From Phoronis australis (Eukaryota; Animalia; Phoronida), in the NCBI GenBank assembly GCA_002633005.1, contig NMRA01000134.1, forward strand, positions 62,001 through 126,000: a stretch of 64,000 nt of DNA, read 5' to 3'. Below the pieces are notes generated by a model that made no database searches, had not been told where the DNA came from, and saw nothing but the letters and a program-made list of their open reading frames with translations. The position numbers and the translations under genes were made by a program. Positions 14,139 through 44,057 of the stretch are shown one piece after another (the first letter of the stretch is position 1; each line of letters begins with the position of its first letter).

Positions 14139-15536
14139 CACGGGTGAGAAACAACATGACCGCCGGTCCTCTAAACAGGACCTCCGGGGATCAAATGGGA
14201 CCGCCGCACCAGAAAATGGGACTGACGCACCCAAAAACATGACCGCCCCACCACAAAACAGGACCGCCGGGGACTAAAACCGCAATAACTAACAGGCTAA
14301 GATTTATTACCGTTAGGCCTACACAGATCATACAATGGGGCTATATACGTATGCATATGCAGGTCTTGTGCCGATTAATCCACCGAAATCTTTTGTGAGC
14401 AACAAAGGACACTTCGCTTTGTAATACGCGGCGCTTTTGAGTTTTACTCATCACCAGGCTCCCGGCTGCGGTATGTGACTTATAAACAGTTGAAAGGTCA
14501 ACATTTAATAAATCTAACACAAAACAACCTCGTTGTACGCTTTTGAGCTAAATAATTATAATTTTATCCACTGCATAAGTTTTAGAACAAAATGAAAATC
14601 ATTTTCTCCAATTTGACGTTTAAAGTTAGTCAAGTAAAAAAACGGACGTTCTGGTTCTCGGGTGAAGCATCATCATACTAGCTGCCTTTGTGCGGCAAAG
14701 CTGTACATTAAATGTACAGCTTTGCGCCGATGTGGGTAAAAAACTGAACATGTAAAATCTTTACCCGGCGAATTTTTTTTAACGACACTCTTCCTTGAGT
14801 AAACTAAATTATTTCATCGGCGCTCGAGAGAAATTGTCGTTCTGTCGTTATTCTGCGTTCTCTTAAGTCGGCTTACATTGGCCGGTTCCTTTTCCCCCGA
14901 TTCTTCAGTCAACTGTCCTTCTACAAGGTTGCGTACCTGGCACAACAAATTATCGAAACTGGTTTCATTTCGTTATAAGTTTTCAGTACTTTAATACCAG
15001 CAAACCGAATTTCATAACAAACCTTGTTGCCGCCAAGTTGTCATCATCTTTCGAAAGATGTCTCAAAATTTTTCTGAGGAAATGGCGCGTGCACATGTCA
15101 CTTATTATTACAACAGTTCATTAGATTGTTTTTCACTCAAGCGGTTGCAAACTGCAAGGTGAGTGTTGGTTGACGCCTAGATTTTGCATGCGCCTGCATC
15201 GGTCGCGCGCTCTACTACATGTTGATGTAAGTTCCACGACGAGGTGACGAGCAGAACTACCCGGGCTGTGGGCAATGTCGGGGATGTAACGGAGCTCAAT
15301 AACGCAAGGCTGTCAAGCTTTATTTTGGCGATAGTCTTTACACAGCTATCTGACCGGTTACGTCATAACCCGCAGTATCACACAAAGGCCTTAACTACTC
15401 AGTCCCCGGCGGTCCTGTTTTGTGGTGGGGCGGTCATGTTTTTAGGTGCGTCAGTCCTGTTTTGTGGTGGGACGGTCATGTTTTTAGGTGCGTCAGTCCT
15501 GTTTGGGTGAGTCGGTCATGTTGTTTCTCACCTGTG
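14139..15536. mobile_element. Non-autonomous TIR transposon with CAC termini and 5-bp TSD (Transib/RAG-like signature)
   Basis: Ends CACGGGTGAGAAACAACATGACCG and CGGTCATGTTGTTTCTCACCTGTG; about 140-bp repeat-structured TIRs; TATAC directly repeated at 14134-14138 and 15537-15541. Confidence 0.85.
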
Positions 15537-17418
15537 TATACCGTAGATTCCTTTCCTTCAGTGTGCCAGGTTTGCTGTGCCAATCAGCTGTTGTGTGTTA
15601 GCTGCTCCATGACAACTGTGTCCTGCGGCTCATGTGTGGGATAAAATTTAATTACAGTCTGTATTGTGTGACAGGGAATTCTCTGATGTATTTTCTGAAG
15701 TTCTATTTGACTTTCTTCTGCGTAATCTCAACCATTTATGCAATTTCAACCATGGAAATGCCCAGTAGTCAACATCCTATTTTGTACCTAACTTCAACTT
15801 TCAATGTGATTCTGTTCATACCTGAGAGCTTAGACACCACACCTGTAATTTGCTACCTGCCCCTGATAAGGGGGTTAACACCATTTAATATTAAATCCAG
15901 CTGATAAATAGGGCAGCTAGTGTTACCCTCACTCTTAACACTATTGAGGACTACAGTTGACTTCTATTATGTCAGAGAGGAACCAGCATCAATTTTGGTG
16001 GCATGTGGTCTCATTTTGAAAGATGTCATGATGATTTCATTGTGTTGAACTGACAGCTTGAAGGTTTGGCTTGATGTATTTGGAGGAAATACCATCCCCT
16101 TGACAGTGAATAAGTTTTGTCCATCTGGTGAGTAAGGCATTTTGGACTGTGCAATGAAGCAATGTTAAGTCCATCAAACTTCTGCATTCTTCTGTTGGAA
16201 ATGTTTTTGTTTTTGTAGCATCTTTTTCTTCCGATGTATAACTCAGTTTAAAAAGAGTCTGTTCTTGTAATGCTAGATAATAACGAGCGTTTTGCTTGTA
16301 ATATGTGGCGATATCTCAGGAAGATTTGCATGATCTCGTGAAGGCTTGCATGATGTTGCGAAGACGATACTAGCCTTACACAAAGAATCCCACCATCTGG
16401 CTTACTTTTTATGATTGGAGTCGAAAGAGTTTGTGTTTTTGGAACGAAATGTTGGAACCTTAAGTCTTGTTTATAGTGAAATAATTTTGTAATGTTTAAC
16501 CATTTAGGCTAGTTTAGTTTTCCATGTCTCCAGACTGAATAAGTCCGTTAAACCATAATTTCACCCTTTGTATATTTTGTATGGTAGTTCTCTTCTTTTG
16601 CCCAAAAATAAGAGTCAAAATAAACATTATTCTATTTTATTTACTTTGCTGCCAATACTGGAAGCTTTACCAGATGTTTTTTTATAATATCTACACAGCA
16701 TGAACTACACTAATAGTAGTAGTAGATGGAAATTATTCAAATATCTAATTTTATTGCCAAATTTTACAAATAATTTGATTATGTATTAAATAGGTGAAGA
16801 TTTACGTCAAGCATTCACTTTGTTAATAAATTAACCCGCTAGTTTTTGACACATTGATGATATTTGAGCTGAGACTATAATTGATAACCCTCAACTGTCC
16901 ATCCATTTCTATTGGTTCATACCTTCTTGTATTACTTTTTCCTGTCTCCTGTTCTCCTGTATCATTCCAATTAATTGAAACCGATGATTAAAGGGTCTGC
17001 ATTGCCAACCTTTCAAAATGTAAAAGCGGGGCATTTTATCCAGAAAGCCTCCCATTGGCCAAGACACATCCAAATTCCATGGTGCTGTCACCTTGTGAGA
17101 AAGCAGTATTCGTATGAATTTCTTGTTCTATGATTTCATAAAGTGAAAATAGTTGTGAATTTTGATTTTCTTTACTACAAAGCCATTTCCTGGTCTTGGT
17201 GCTTGGCATAACAACTGAATATGCCTCTGTCTTAGATTATTACTGATTCCAATCTCCTGCTACAGGACATCAACCTAAATCTCACTGAAGGCTAACTGGC
17301 AGTGACCTTTGTGACATGAATTTTGCCAGAAATTCAATTAAAATTTATTCTTTCAGTGAAGTTCATTGTCTGTAATGGTTGTATTGTGTCATGGAATTTT
17401 TTTGTGAAATTAATTGTA

Positions 17419-18294
17419 CTTATGTCTATAATGAAACATTCTGTGTTAGCCTTAGTCAGTTCTGGTGAGTGATACCAGACTGACACCACGACCACTAAAA
17501 ATTGTTGAGTATTTATAGTGCATCATTAATTTTCTCTCAAATTATTTTACAAAAATTTATCGATCGGTAACAAATTCACTATTTAACGTTTGGTTTTCAT
17601 TCCAAATTTATTTATTTTCTGAATCCATCTTGTTTTATCTGGGCCACATAAAGCTGCTTTGCATTCTGTTTACCTGGCTAAAATGAAAATCGAATTAGGT
17701 CTTTTACTTTAATAAAACCGGTCTCATAATACTCCTTACCANTGTCTTACGAAGTTATACATATAGTGTTGACTGCCTCTAAAGTTCTGTATTGGGCTTG
17801 ATGTTGGCTAATCAGGCACTGCTTTAGGGTTGAGGGCTGAAATACCAAGCCTGGACAAAAGTTCAAACCTGACGCAGCACTTTCTAAACTCGATGCGCAT
17901 TTTCCAAACTCGACGCTGCAAAATCCAAACTCGTTACAGCGTCGAGTTAAAACAGGCCCTGGAGAACACTGCTTATGTCTATAATGAAACATTCTGTGTT
18001 AGCCTTAGTCAGTTCTGGTGAGTGATACCAGACTGACACCACGACCACTAAAAATTGTTGAGTATTTATAGTGCATCATTAATTTTCTCTCAAATTATTT
18101 TACAAAAATTTATCGATCGGTAACAAATTCACTATTTAACGTTTGGTTTTCATTCCAAATTTATTTATTTTCTGAATCCATCTTGTTTTATCTGGGCCAC
18201 ATAAAGCTGCTTTGCATTCTGTTTACCTGGCTAAAATGAAAATCGAATTAGGTCTTTTACTTTAATAAAACCGGTCTCATAATACTCCTTACCA
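17419..18294. repeat. 323-bp direct duplication (17419-17741 and 17972-18294) around a single-N join
   Basis: The two copies appear identical by eye; N at 17742; copy 2 is directly preceded by a transposon end. Confidence 0.9.
17743..17971. mobile_element. Right end of a hAT-like non-autonomous element, truncated by the contig join
   Basis: Reverse complement begins CAGTGTTCTCCAGGGCCTG (CAGTGTT is a typical hAT terminus); subterminal AAACTCGACGC-type repeats. Confidence 0.6.
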
Positions 18295-20143
18295 TGATAG
18301 GATTCTATTTCCATTCCCAACAAGAACATTCAAACATCAGCAACTCAAAGAAAACTATCAGCCATTCAAGAGAATGTTTCGAAGTTAGAGTTCGTCAACC
18401 CTAAGTTATTGGGATTGGCTAACCCTAAAATTCCTAATTCAAAAAAGGCACATATGAGCATTGCCTATGACATCATATCCTGTCACAGTTGCAATTTATG
18501 AGAGTGAAACACCAAATTAATTTTTTTTTGTTTTTAATCGGCTGAACAGGTTCTGGAAATCAATTGACCTTTTTGTGTGAACTGTACTGTTATTTACAGG
18601 TATTCGGACATTAGGATAGTATGTTTTATTCATCTTGCACGTTTTGCCAAAACTTTCATTTTTCTGTTGCCGACTACCTGATTACATCTAAGCAAATTAA
18701 ACAAATTCACAATTGTTCAACCACTGTGCAGCTACTCAGGTGCATGTGTCCAGCCACATGGTCCCCTTATCCCTCCAACCCCCATGTACTGTGTCCAGGC
18801 AGTCCCGTGGAACCCTTGTCTTTCTAACCCCCATGCATTGTGAACAATTGTTGTATTCATATTAGGATGTCCGGCAGTAGTGTATCCTTTACTAAGTTCA
18901 CATGTTGAATACACTAGCACTGCTACCAGTTTCTCAGACGATGTTCACTGCCAAAAATGCCAACAGTTACACTGGCCAGACAGACAAGCGGTCTGCAAAG
19001 GGGTCCTGTTAGCCTGCAGTTACGATAGTTTGTTTCAACACCATTTGGGTCTTTTTGCCAGTAGTCAATGTGCTGGCGGAAATATTTGCCTGTTTGGGAC
19101 ACAATGTGCCTGACAGGTGTAATTTCACATTGTTAAATATCTCATTGTGAAATATCGCAACTAAATGAACTTTTCTGGACAGTTCACTTTAGTATGGTTA
19201 CCAATCAACATTTTTAAATGTTTATTAAAATTAACTTTTGAGCATTTGCAACAACCTTTGAAAAATAGAAATTTTTTGCAATGATTTTTGTCCCAAATTG
19301 AAGAATTTTTAGCCTTCCAGTCTTCCAGAGGAGTCTGCCATAACTGGTGTCAAGCAAACCTTGATGGGTGTACCACTGGGCCATAATGATGATTGATAAG
19401 CACCATGGAATACACTAGTGACCAGTTGTAGAGAGCTCTCATTCTCAAATTACTAACCACAGCCATGATGGGTGGTGTAAGGTCAAAGGCATTTTTATTG
19501 TAAGGGGTTGTGTCATCAGTAGTTTGCAGTCATGCACCAGTGGCTGTTGAAGACCTGGACATTTTACAAGTGAGTCAGCAGGACTCCTGGAACTGTTTGT
19601 TTGTACAGGAAGGATTAATCACTGATAATAGCAATTTAAGTGAGTAGTTTTTATGTTTGACACTGTAAAATTGACCCTGATCTCTACCATGTGTGTTTTG
19701 GTCTGGTTTTATTGTGGAACAAGCTGTCAAAGCAAGTAATCAAATATTGATTATTATTTTTTTGGTAATGTTTGTTACTAATTTTAGCAATACAAGCTAT
19801 CAAAGTGGTATTGTTGTTTGTCAAACAGATTTTTGAAAATGTTTCAAGGCAAAAAATCACATTCTTCGCATTTTCCATATTTTCATGAGTTTCTTGTTTT
19901 GGCAAAGTTGCTGAAAACCTGTTTGCCACAGTGCACTCACAAAGCAAAGAAGAACTTTAAAGTGTTGGAAGTTTCACCATCCTTGTTTTATATGTAGAAC
20001 AGGTGTGTATAAAATTACAACATGATGGTGTAAGACACATTTTGCTGAGAAAAAGTCCTTGCTTCTACTACTCATAAAACCATTAATTAATGACCGTTAA
20101 GCTGCAAGCAGTAGGAAGTAATCAGTTTTTAATGATGTTTTCA

Positions 20144-20243
20144 ACAGGCCCCAGGTGGGGGTTTAATGGGTCTCAGGTGAGGTTTTCAAAGGATCTCAGG
20201 TGGGATTTTTAACGGGCCTCAGGTAGGGGTTTTTGACAGGTCT
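20144..20243. repeat. Degenerate minisatellite, ~23-bp unit, about 4 copies
   Basis: Repeating AACGGGCCTCAGGTGGGGTTTT-like units. Confidence 0.75.
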
Positions 20244-23200
20244 TGTGTGTGTTATAATGTCTAAGAAAGCTGTTGTTGTTATTCAATGTACTATTTATTT
20301 GTTGTGGATCCAAAGGTGGCTCTGTCACTTGAGGGCTTCTCAACGTAATGTTCTCTAGGGGACATTGATGAAACAAAGTACTGTAAAAATGTGTCGTATT
20401 TTGCAAACATTTTCTATGTTGTCATCTATACATCTACCCAGTGGGAAATCTGTGTATTAACTCTTTGAAGTGTGAGCAGAAGTATTTCTAATGGAGTGAG
20501 AGGAATGTGGCTGAGCTGGCAAAAATAGACAGAAATAGTGGTCAGCCCATAGTTTTGTCATTACTAGTCTGGCATGATGCAGCTGAGAAAAATGTGATGG
20601 AAAAATAGGTGTTCAGTACCTTGGTGTGTGTCAGACTTCTAAGATGTGCTGTTTTTGTAATTCAAGATGCATTTACTTTTATGTGTCTTGTATACTTTTT
20701 GTATAATGGTAAAATTCTTCAGTTTGGTACACAATTGGGTGGGCAGGTGAAATTTCATTTTGTCTAATTTCTCAATGAAAATTTACTTTTCTTTTAGTAT
20801 GGTGTATATGGCATAGCTATGATCAAATCACATTTGGTAAAATTTCAAAGTCAAAAACATTTTCTACAATTTGGTTAGCCTCTGAAAAATAGAAATATTT
20901 GCAATTTTAGCAATTGTTTTTGTATAAAATTAAAGAATTTTACCAGTTTGAATGCAACCCTCCTGAATGCACAATTTGTTAAATCCGCAGTGGCACTGAC
21001 TATTGCTATAAAGGACAATCGGTCAAACTCCTTGCCTTTCAGTGGTGTCATTATTATGTATCATTGCAATAAGTCTTGGTGATCCACAGTACTCTTATTT
21101 TTGCTCTTAGGAAGTCTATTGAATTCAGTTTAGTGAGTATCCATTAAAACTTTTCAATGCAGATTTTGTCAAGTGCTTGACAAATTCTGCATTCTTTATG
21201 TAGAAATATTTTTTAGTATTACATCTGAAGATAAATTATCCATTTTTAAATCTCTGCGACCCATGGGCCTAAGCTGGCAACAACAGTAATGGCTGCCAGT
21301 TGTGTTCCACCTGGTGTGCTCATCCCCTTCCAACATACTGACATTTGAGAACTATACTGCACTTAGGTACCTGCCTGCTTTGTCAAGCCTTGATTGGTGC
21401 TCTTCAAGTTAATATTGGCAAGGCTTCATGTTCAGTTGTTTATTTTTTGTCTAGAGGCTCATGTTACTATACAGGGAATGTTGCACTTGAACCGTTGGAC
21501 ATAGTGAAGGGATGTAAATTAAATCTCTCCTCTCAACTACCCAGAAACTCACAAAACAGTTAAAGCGACGATACACTTATCTTCAATAACAAAAACCAAC
21601 TTCTGGCGCTTACTGTTATGAAGTTCGTCTCAAATTGTTCTTTAGTTCAAATCGGAGGGGATTTCATGGCTCGGAAAGAACTGGCCATTCATTGTTGCTT
21701 TAGATTGGACTCTACAAGTCGACTTGTCACGGGTGTCATTTTGTGCACAGAACAACTTGAGAGACCAGTCTTATAATGAGAAGTGGTCTAAATACAAATT
21801 TGCTTCTAAGGCGGAAGACTTGTTTGTAGCCTCTTAAAGAACGGAAAAGCGTGCCAACTGGGTTAGATAGTTTGAAATAATTGAAACATGTTTCTTGGCC
21901 AGTCAGTCAGTTTGCCTGTCATTTAGATATATCCTTTGGACATTTCCGCAGCAACAAAATTATTCATTAATCAGGTTGCCTACTAAGGACAATGTTGGAT
22001 TACGTTAGTGTGGAAAAATGTCAGAGCCAGCCAATTTTCAAAGGAATATTGTTAATACTTGGGATGAAATTAAATAATTACCTTATTGAAAATGTTTGCC
22101 AAAAGTGTGTGCCCAAGGCAAGAATTAACCTGGATTTGAAGCCTAACAGTTTTGATGCATGAAATGTCTGATTATCAGTTACTGAAACACACTAGGGTTT
22201 GGAGGACATCCAATACTCCACATAACTTGTTTATGGTCTTCAAGTCCTCTATCAGTCTTACACACAGATGTTGTAAATTGTAGCCACAAAATATTTATTG
22301 TAGCCAAGACTAAACAGCAAAAGTCAAAGGTACTCCATGTTCAGGACCAGCTGTGCTTCGTGAGGTGACATGGTTTATCTTGAGTTTCTACCACAAATAT
22401 CCAATCAGCTCAACCTAGAAGTCACTAGGCATCTGCAGTTGATGGTGTTTAGACACTTATTGGCCTTTGTCTGGTCTTGGACTGTTTTATAGTCCTCCAG
22501 TTGATGGCGTGAGAAGATTGCCTTCTGGTTCTATTCTCCAAGTAGTTGTAGATTGGTCTCTGTCATTGGATGACTGTTGTCTGGCAGTTAGTCAAGTTCA
22601 CAGACAGTTTTTGTTAGTTGCACCTTTTTCGCTGGCTGGCGCACGCATGTATATTGAGGGCTGTGAAGATTACCTAGAACCACGGGCATGTGGTATTGTC
22701 AATGTACTAGGTAGGATTACATATTTTAATAATCACGATCTAATGTTTATTTGCTTGCGTAATCTTGAATTATTCTGGAAAATTGTTGTCATTGTTACCA
22801 GTTATGAGATTGTATGTAACAAGAGGACTAATTTAGGAATATCTAGAAAATAAGTAACATGATAGTTGGACTTAAAAAAATTCTAAAATTGTCTTTGTTA
22901 ACTCGGCAACATCGGAATTTTACTGATCCGTGACATTGGACCTCATGGCTAGCGGGCTAGAAAAGAACAAGCTGAAGGAATTGACGCGCATGAAAGACCG
23001 ACACACCACCAATCAAAACTTATTTTAAATTTTACTTTTCATTGTGCCCTATTGGTCAGATCTTTTGATCACTGTTGTTAGGAAATTTCTTTCTGTACCT
23101 CTGTTGATGGTGACAGGATCAGTTGACTATTAATGCACAATAGTTTGGGTTGACACCATTGTCTGTTGTTTGATTCAAGTAGCATCAAGTACAAACAGCC

Positions 23201-25543
23201 CCCAGTCACAACATTTAATCTGTTTTACTATAGTGAGTGGGCTGTAGACTGTTTCCCTGTGTTGGTTAAAATGGCATGGCCTCTGGTCATATTGTCTTTA
23301 TGTAACTCCACTGGACTACATCTCCAGATCTTCATTTGAAGAGTGCTGTTGCAGTAGTAGTTGCCATTGGAATTAGTGTCTAGTTTTTTGCGTCATACTG
23401 TGAAATGTCTTGGTTTTTGTTTAACGGAATTATGGTACGTTGGTTGAAATTCTATTAATAATGTTTGTATGTTAGAGGTTTTCAGTATTTTGCTTAAATT
23501 TATGTGGATACAGGCATTTCAGTTGATTAGTTCAGGTGAGAATTGAATTGCAAATTTCTGGTATTTGGTAGAAGTTGTCTCATGGGCAGTATCTATGTGT
23601 TTGAGTGGAGTCTGTACATGTGTTGTAATTTATAGCCACAATATATCAGTGTTTAATTCACTGATTGTCTTAAGTGGCTTTAATTTGCTATTTCTTTGAT
23701 TTATATTCTCTTGACCCACATATAAATTTACACTGTAGTACTCTTGATGTCACTCCTTGATTCATGTTAATTCCAGGATGGTGACATTATTGCCCTTTTA
23801 TGGGCATATAGATAGTAAACGTCTATTGATTACCTAGCTACAGTTATTGTTTTGTATATCTCCTTTAAATTGTTTTGAACTAATGCTCATTTCGCATTTG
23901 TCTTCCAATTCATTTGATATTTCATTTTGGTACTTAGCTCCAGTGAGTGAGTCACAAAAGTTCCTTTTTTTTGGAAAATACCAGTAGTGGTCTTTCGACA
24001 ATCTCCACAACTCTGCTTTAGTAAAAGACTTCTCACCTTGGAGATCTTTTATACTCAGTACCAAGTGTGGGATGTTTTGATTAATTTTGTGATGCATCAC
24101 GAAATAAGACAAGTTAACATCTCTTGTTTTATATGGTTATTCAGTGGTTAGAATGGTGGACAGAGATGTTTTTTGTGTCTTAATTAATGGCTTCATTCTT
24201 ATTTTAACTTAAATTCACACTTGGCAATTTTTGACCCACAAAAGTAGCATTCTGTATAACTTTGTAAAATTTTGGAGACCTGCACAAGCATTTCGAAGAA
24301 ACGTAGTTGTACAATAGAAGTTTTTTTTTTGTGGTTATACAGAAGAATAAACTGGGCAATATGTGTGTGGGAGGGGCTGTGTTCATCAATTGAGTGGATT
24401 AAGTTCAAATCACTGATTTCAGTCTGGCAATGAAATGCATTGCACTTACAAGCAGTGCCCTCTTGTGGTTAGGCAATACTTGATGGGTGAACCAGCCTGA
24501 CTTCAAGAATTGTATGGAACCTGTGTAATTACCGTCTGTCATCAGGTCACAGTGGATTGCCACATTTGTGAGTGTAGAGGCCCAGGATCATTAAATTGGA
24601 CAACTAAGAGTTATAGGTTGAGTATTAACCCCACTTGAAATAACATTTTTGAAAAGGGGTATTGGGCATATAGTAGATTGAACTGAAACCCAGGGTGTTA
24701 CATTGACATTGGACTTCATGTCCAAGAGTTAAATAAAGCACTGACAGATTGCTATGAGGTGCTCAGAAAATGACAGATTTCATGCAGTGTATCTCTAAAT
24801 TTAAAACATATCGCATGTAGCTGGCTATGCTTTGCTCATGCAAGTGTTTTGTGCACGTGAGAATGATAATATTACTTGCCAAAAAGCATTTCATGTCTCC
24901 TTCAGTGAAGTTCAAGAGTTTGTGTATTTTCCTCCCTGAATAAGGTTGAAACTGACTGATAGATACTCGAAGCAAGCTGTGTGCTACTTGGGAGCACAAA
25001 TTCTGATATGAGCATTTGCAAGACGAGGGCCACTTTTTAAGGAAGTCGCGGTCGTATCAACTGGGGTTGGATGGTAAGCCAATCATGGGCGGAAGGGGAG
25101 AAAATTTGAAGCTGAGCACCCAGACGAGTGCTGACACCTTGTGGCAAACATTTCAATGATGAATTAACTGTTAAATATTAAGTGTGACTTAACAGGTAAC
25201 AAACTGTTTGGAGAAATGTAAACTACGTATGAGACCTACCCAGGGTGTTCAGGCTGAAATCTTTTGCAAACTTTAAACTGTAGTAAATCAAGTTAGTGGG
25301 TGGTGAATCTTACTGTTAATTACAATCAAAGAACCCCATTTGACCATTCTTTTGTCAAATCAAATTGTTCTATCACAAAACCGTGCTTTTCAAAGCTGGC
25401 CACGCACGGGAGTTTTTACTGGACTTTTCCTTTTAGCAAATTGGTTAAAAATAATCAATTAAAATGCATAATTTATGAAATTCATGCATCACTTCTGAGT
25501 ATCATGAGTTCATAGCATGTTTTTTTTTGAACTTAGAATTAAT

Positions 25544-25780
25544 GTTGTGGCCTGGTTGATAAGTGCCCGCTTTCTTTACTCGAGTTCGTGGGTTCGAGTC
25601 CTACCATGTCACACTGCTAAACCCTTGAGCCAGGTTTCTAGCTCCTCAGCTCGGTTTTAACCATATATTAATAAAGCATAAAAATATTTCCAGGTGATCA
25701 GTGCAATGGGCCCACATGCGAGGCCTGCGCACGTCTGGTGCAACGTGTATCAGACCACCTGCAATTATTATATGTTATTA
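25544..25780 (+). mobile_element. tRNA-derived SINE
   Basis: A box-like TGGCCTGGTTGA (~25548), B box GGTTCGAGTCC (25591-25601), body, AT-rich tail; a homologous body is present in reverse at 50165-50315. Confidence 0.75.
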
Positions 25781-27810
25781 ATGTTGCGGTAATTGTGCCT
25801 AACTGATCAATGACCTTAAACTCATCCTATAAAATGGCTTCAACTACGTCACACAATGATGAGTTGAAATAGTTAGCCATGGTGTCGCCTTTTGTCTCGA
25901 TGTACTCATTGTTCTCCCAAAATTTTGAATAACACATAAAACATTTACAAATCGTAACTTAACAGAATATTTTTCTTGAAATTTATCTGATATTAAGTGC
26001 ACCATTCATGTCAAATTTATGAAGTTAAGTTTACTTGATAGGCTTCAAGACTTGGTGAGGCTGTTCTAAAATTTTGATCATGATTTGCCCGGACATTTCA
26101 AGTGCATGCTTCCTATTGTGTACGCCCAGTTCTGTCATCATTTAAAAACAATATTTAAGAGTGGCTTTGGGCTGGGTTCCATTTAGTCAAACTGTTTGTC
26201 TTCTACTCAGTCTGATAGTGTTTTTTCACAATGTGGAGTTGTGTCCCTGCTTAGTATGGAGTTTGATAAATCTTTATCGCCTGTGGTTCTCAGGCCCAAG
26301 CCTGGCCCAATGTTGGGTGTTAGTATGATTAAACGGTGGTGGAGAATTTCTTCTGGTAAGACCTGTTTTTAATATCTTAGATTACTAGTCAGTTGCCGCG
26401 ATTTTTGCTTTTTATATGTGGTAAGTTCAAACAGCAGTTATCAAAAATACTCTGCGAAAATATCACTAGTTTCTATTCCACAGTACCGTATTTTTAAAAA
26501 AATCTAATCCTAAAAATAAGACATACTGGCATAAGCATTTTTTATATTATATTCACTTTTCTATTGTTTTATGTTCTGTTAACTCAGATCTACATGTTGG
26601 GAGTATTGAAACAAGTAATTCATTTGTTTGGAATGATACCTGTAGAACTAAGCAGGAATGGAGACCTCATTTTGGAGTTTTGCATTGGATCTTGGTTGAT
26701 CGCCTACTTCGCCTGATTGGTTAGGAGTTGTCCTTTAGCCTTTACCTGAATAATCAAGGTAGCTTCATTAAACTTGTATGCATAACCATACCAGTAACCT
26801 TGCATAAGTTAATCTCATTTCAATGATCAGTTGCTGCACACATGAGCTCTGTGAGGATTGGTAAACTGGACACTATGTTAGCATAGTTTCCCTGTATTGG
26901 ACATCTAGGGTCAGCTCAGTGCAAGCTGTACCTTTTGTTCCTGATCAATTTCAAGCTCATTCATGTTGACTTGGAATATCATGTTATAACATGGTTCAGC
27001 AAAAATATTCCGTTAAGATGATCACATTTTCTTTAGGACCAAATGGCTGACCTGATACAGATGCTGTTTCACAATAATTGCTTGTCTGCTGAATGTTTCC
27101 TTTCTTTTCATGCTGATCTGTTTTTGTCCTTGGAACATAAGAGTTTGTCACACTTCATCAGTGACCAGGTTGCCACAGTTGGTGACATTTGCCTACGTCA
27201 GTTGCCTTCCAGCCAATCCTAGTATCCATTACAATTGTTCAAAGCTTTTTTCATTGTAATGCTTTTGTGTGGTTGTCTTCATGACTGGATAATGACTTCT
27301 TGCTGTGTTCTTGTGCATGCTTCATTCACTAAAAAGCTGATGTACATTCTGTAGACTCATGGCTTTCAGTGAAAAATCCTTGCTTGTAGAACACAAACAG
27401 GGAATTCTGTCCCATGATTCAACATTCCGTAGTGATTAGCCAGTCACTGCTGCCATTTTGCCAGGGTATACTTTGGTAAGATCCTGAGCATATGTGAAAC
27501 ACTTGCTTTTAAATTTTGTGTGGTCTAGCTGATCTTGCTTTTTGTGGACTTACTTGTTTCTACAGAATGAAAGACTAGGTTACTTGCAACTTATTTGGGA
27601 GTGCTGCTGTATCTGTAGAACACTTTGAGTTGCACATTTGCACCCTGTGTTTATGACAGAGTGATTGACTTGACTTAGTCCCATCCAAGACATTCACCAG
27701 TTAATTTCTTTCTCATTTCAGCCATTGTAACATTTATGCGTATCTGTCATTATGTCTAGTGGCATAATACATAAATGCCAATCTCCACAGCAGTTTCTTT
27801 TCCATTTCAG

Positions 27811-44057
<16,247 letters not shown>

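Noticed and set aside
15498-15536. RSS-like heptamer + 23-bp spacer + nonamer in the right TIR of the CAC element
   Set aside because: The sequence at that spacing (CCAAACAGG) matches ACAAAAACC at only 5 of 9 positions, and the left end shows no 12-bp counterpart. A 12/23 architecture is not supported.
25023-25073. Protein-like frame DEGHFLRKSRSYQLGLD ending in G|gtaagc (phase 1)
   Set aside because: An in-frame TGA at 25004 with no ATG after it, and only a weak acceptor without a pyrimidine tract.
25544-25610. tRNA gene
   Set aside because: A/B boxes are present but I could not fold a convincing cloverleaf, and it continues into a repeated body, so it is a SINE head.
1-27800. About 50 short ORFs of 60-128 aa in the ORF track
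   Set aside because: No recognisable domains, composition typical of AT-rich non-coding DNA, many non-ATG starts that do not apply to a eukaryote, and no chain of phase-compatible exons.
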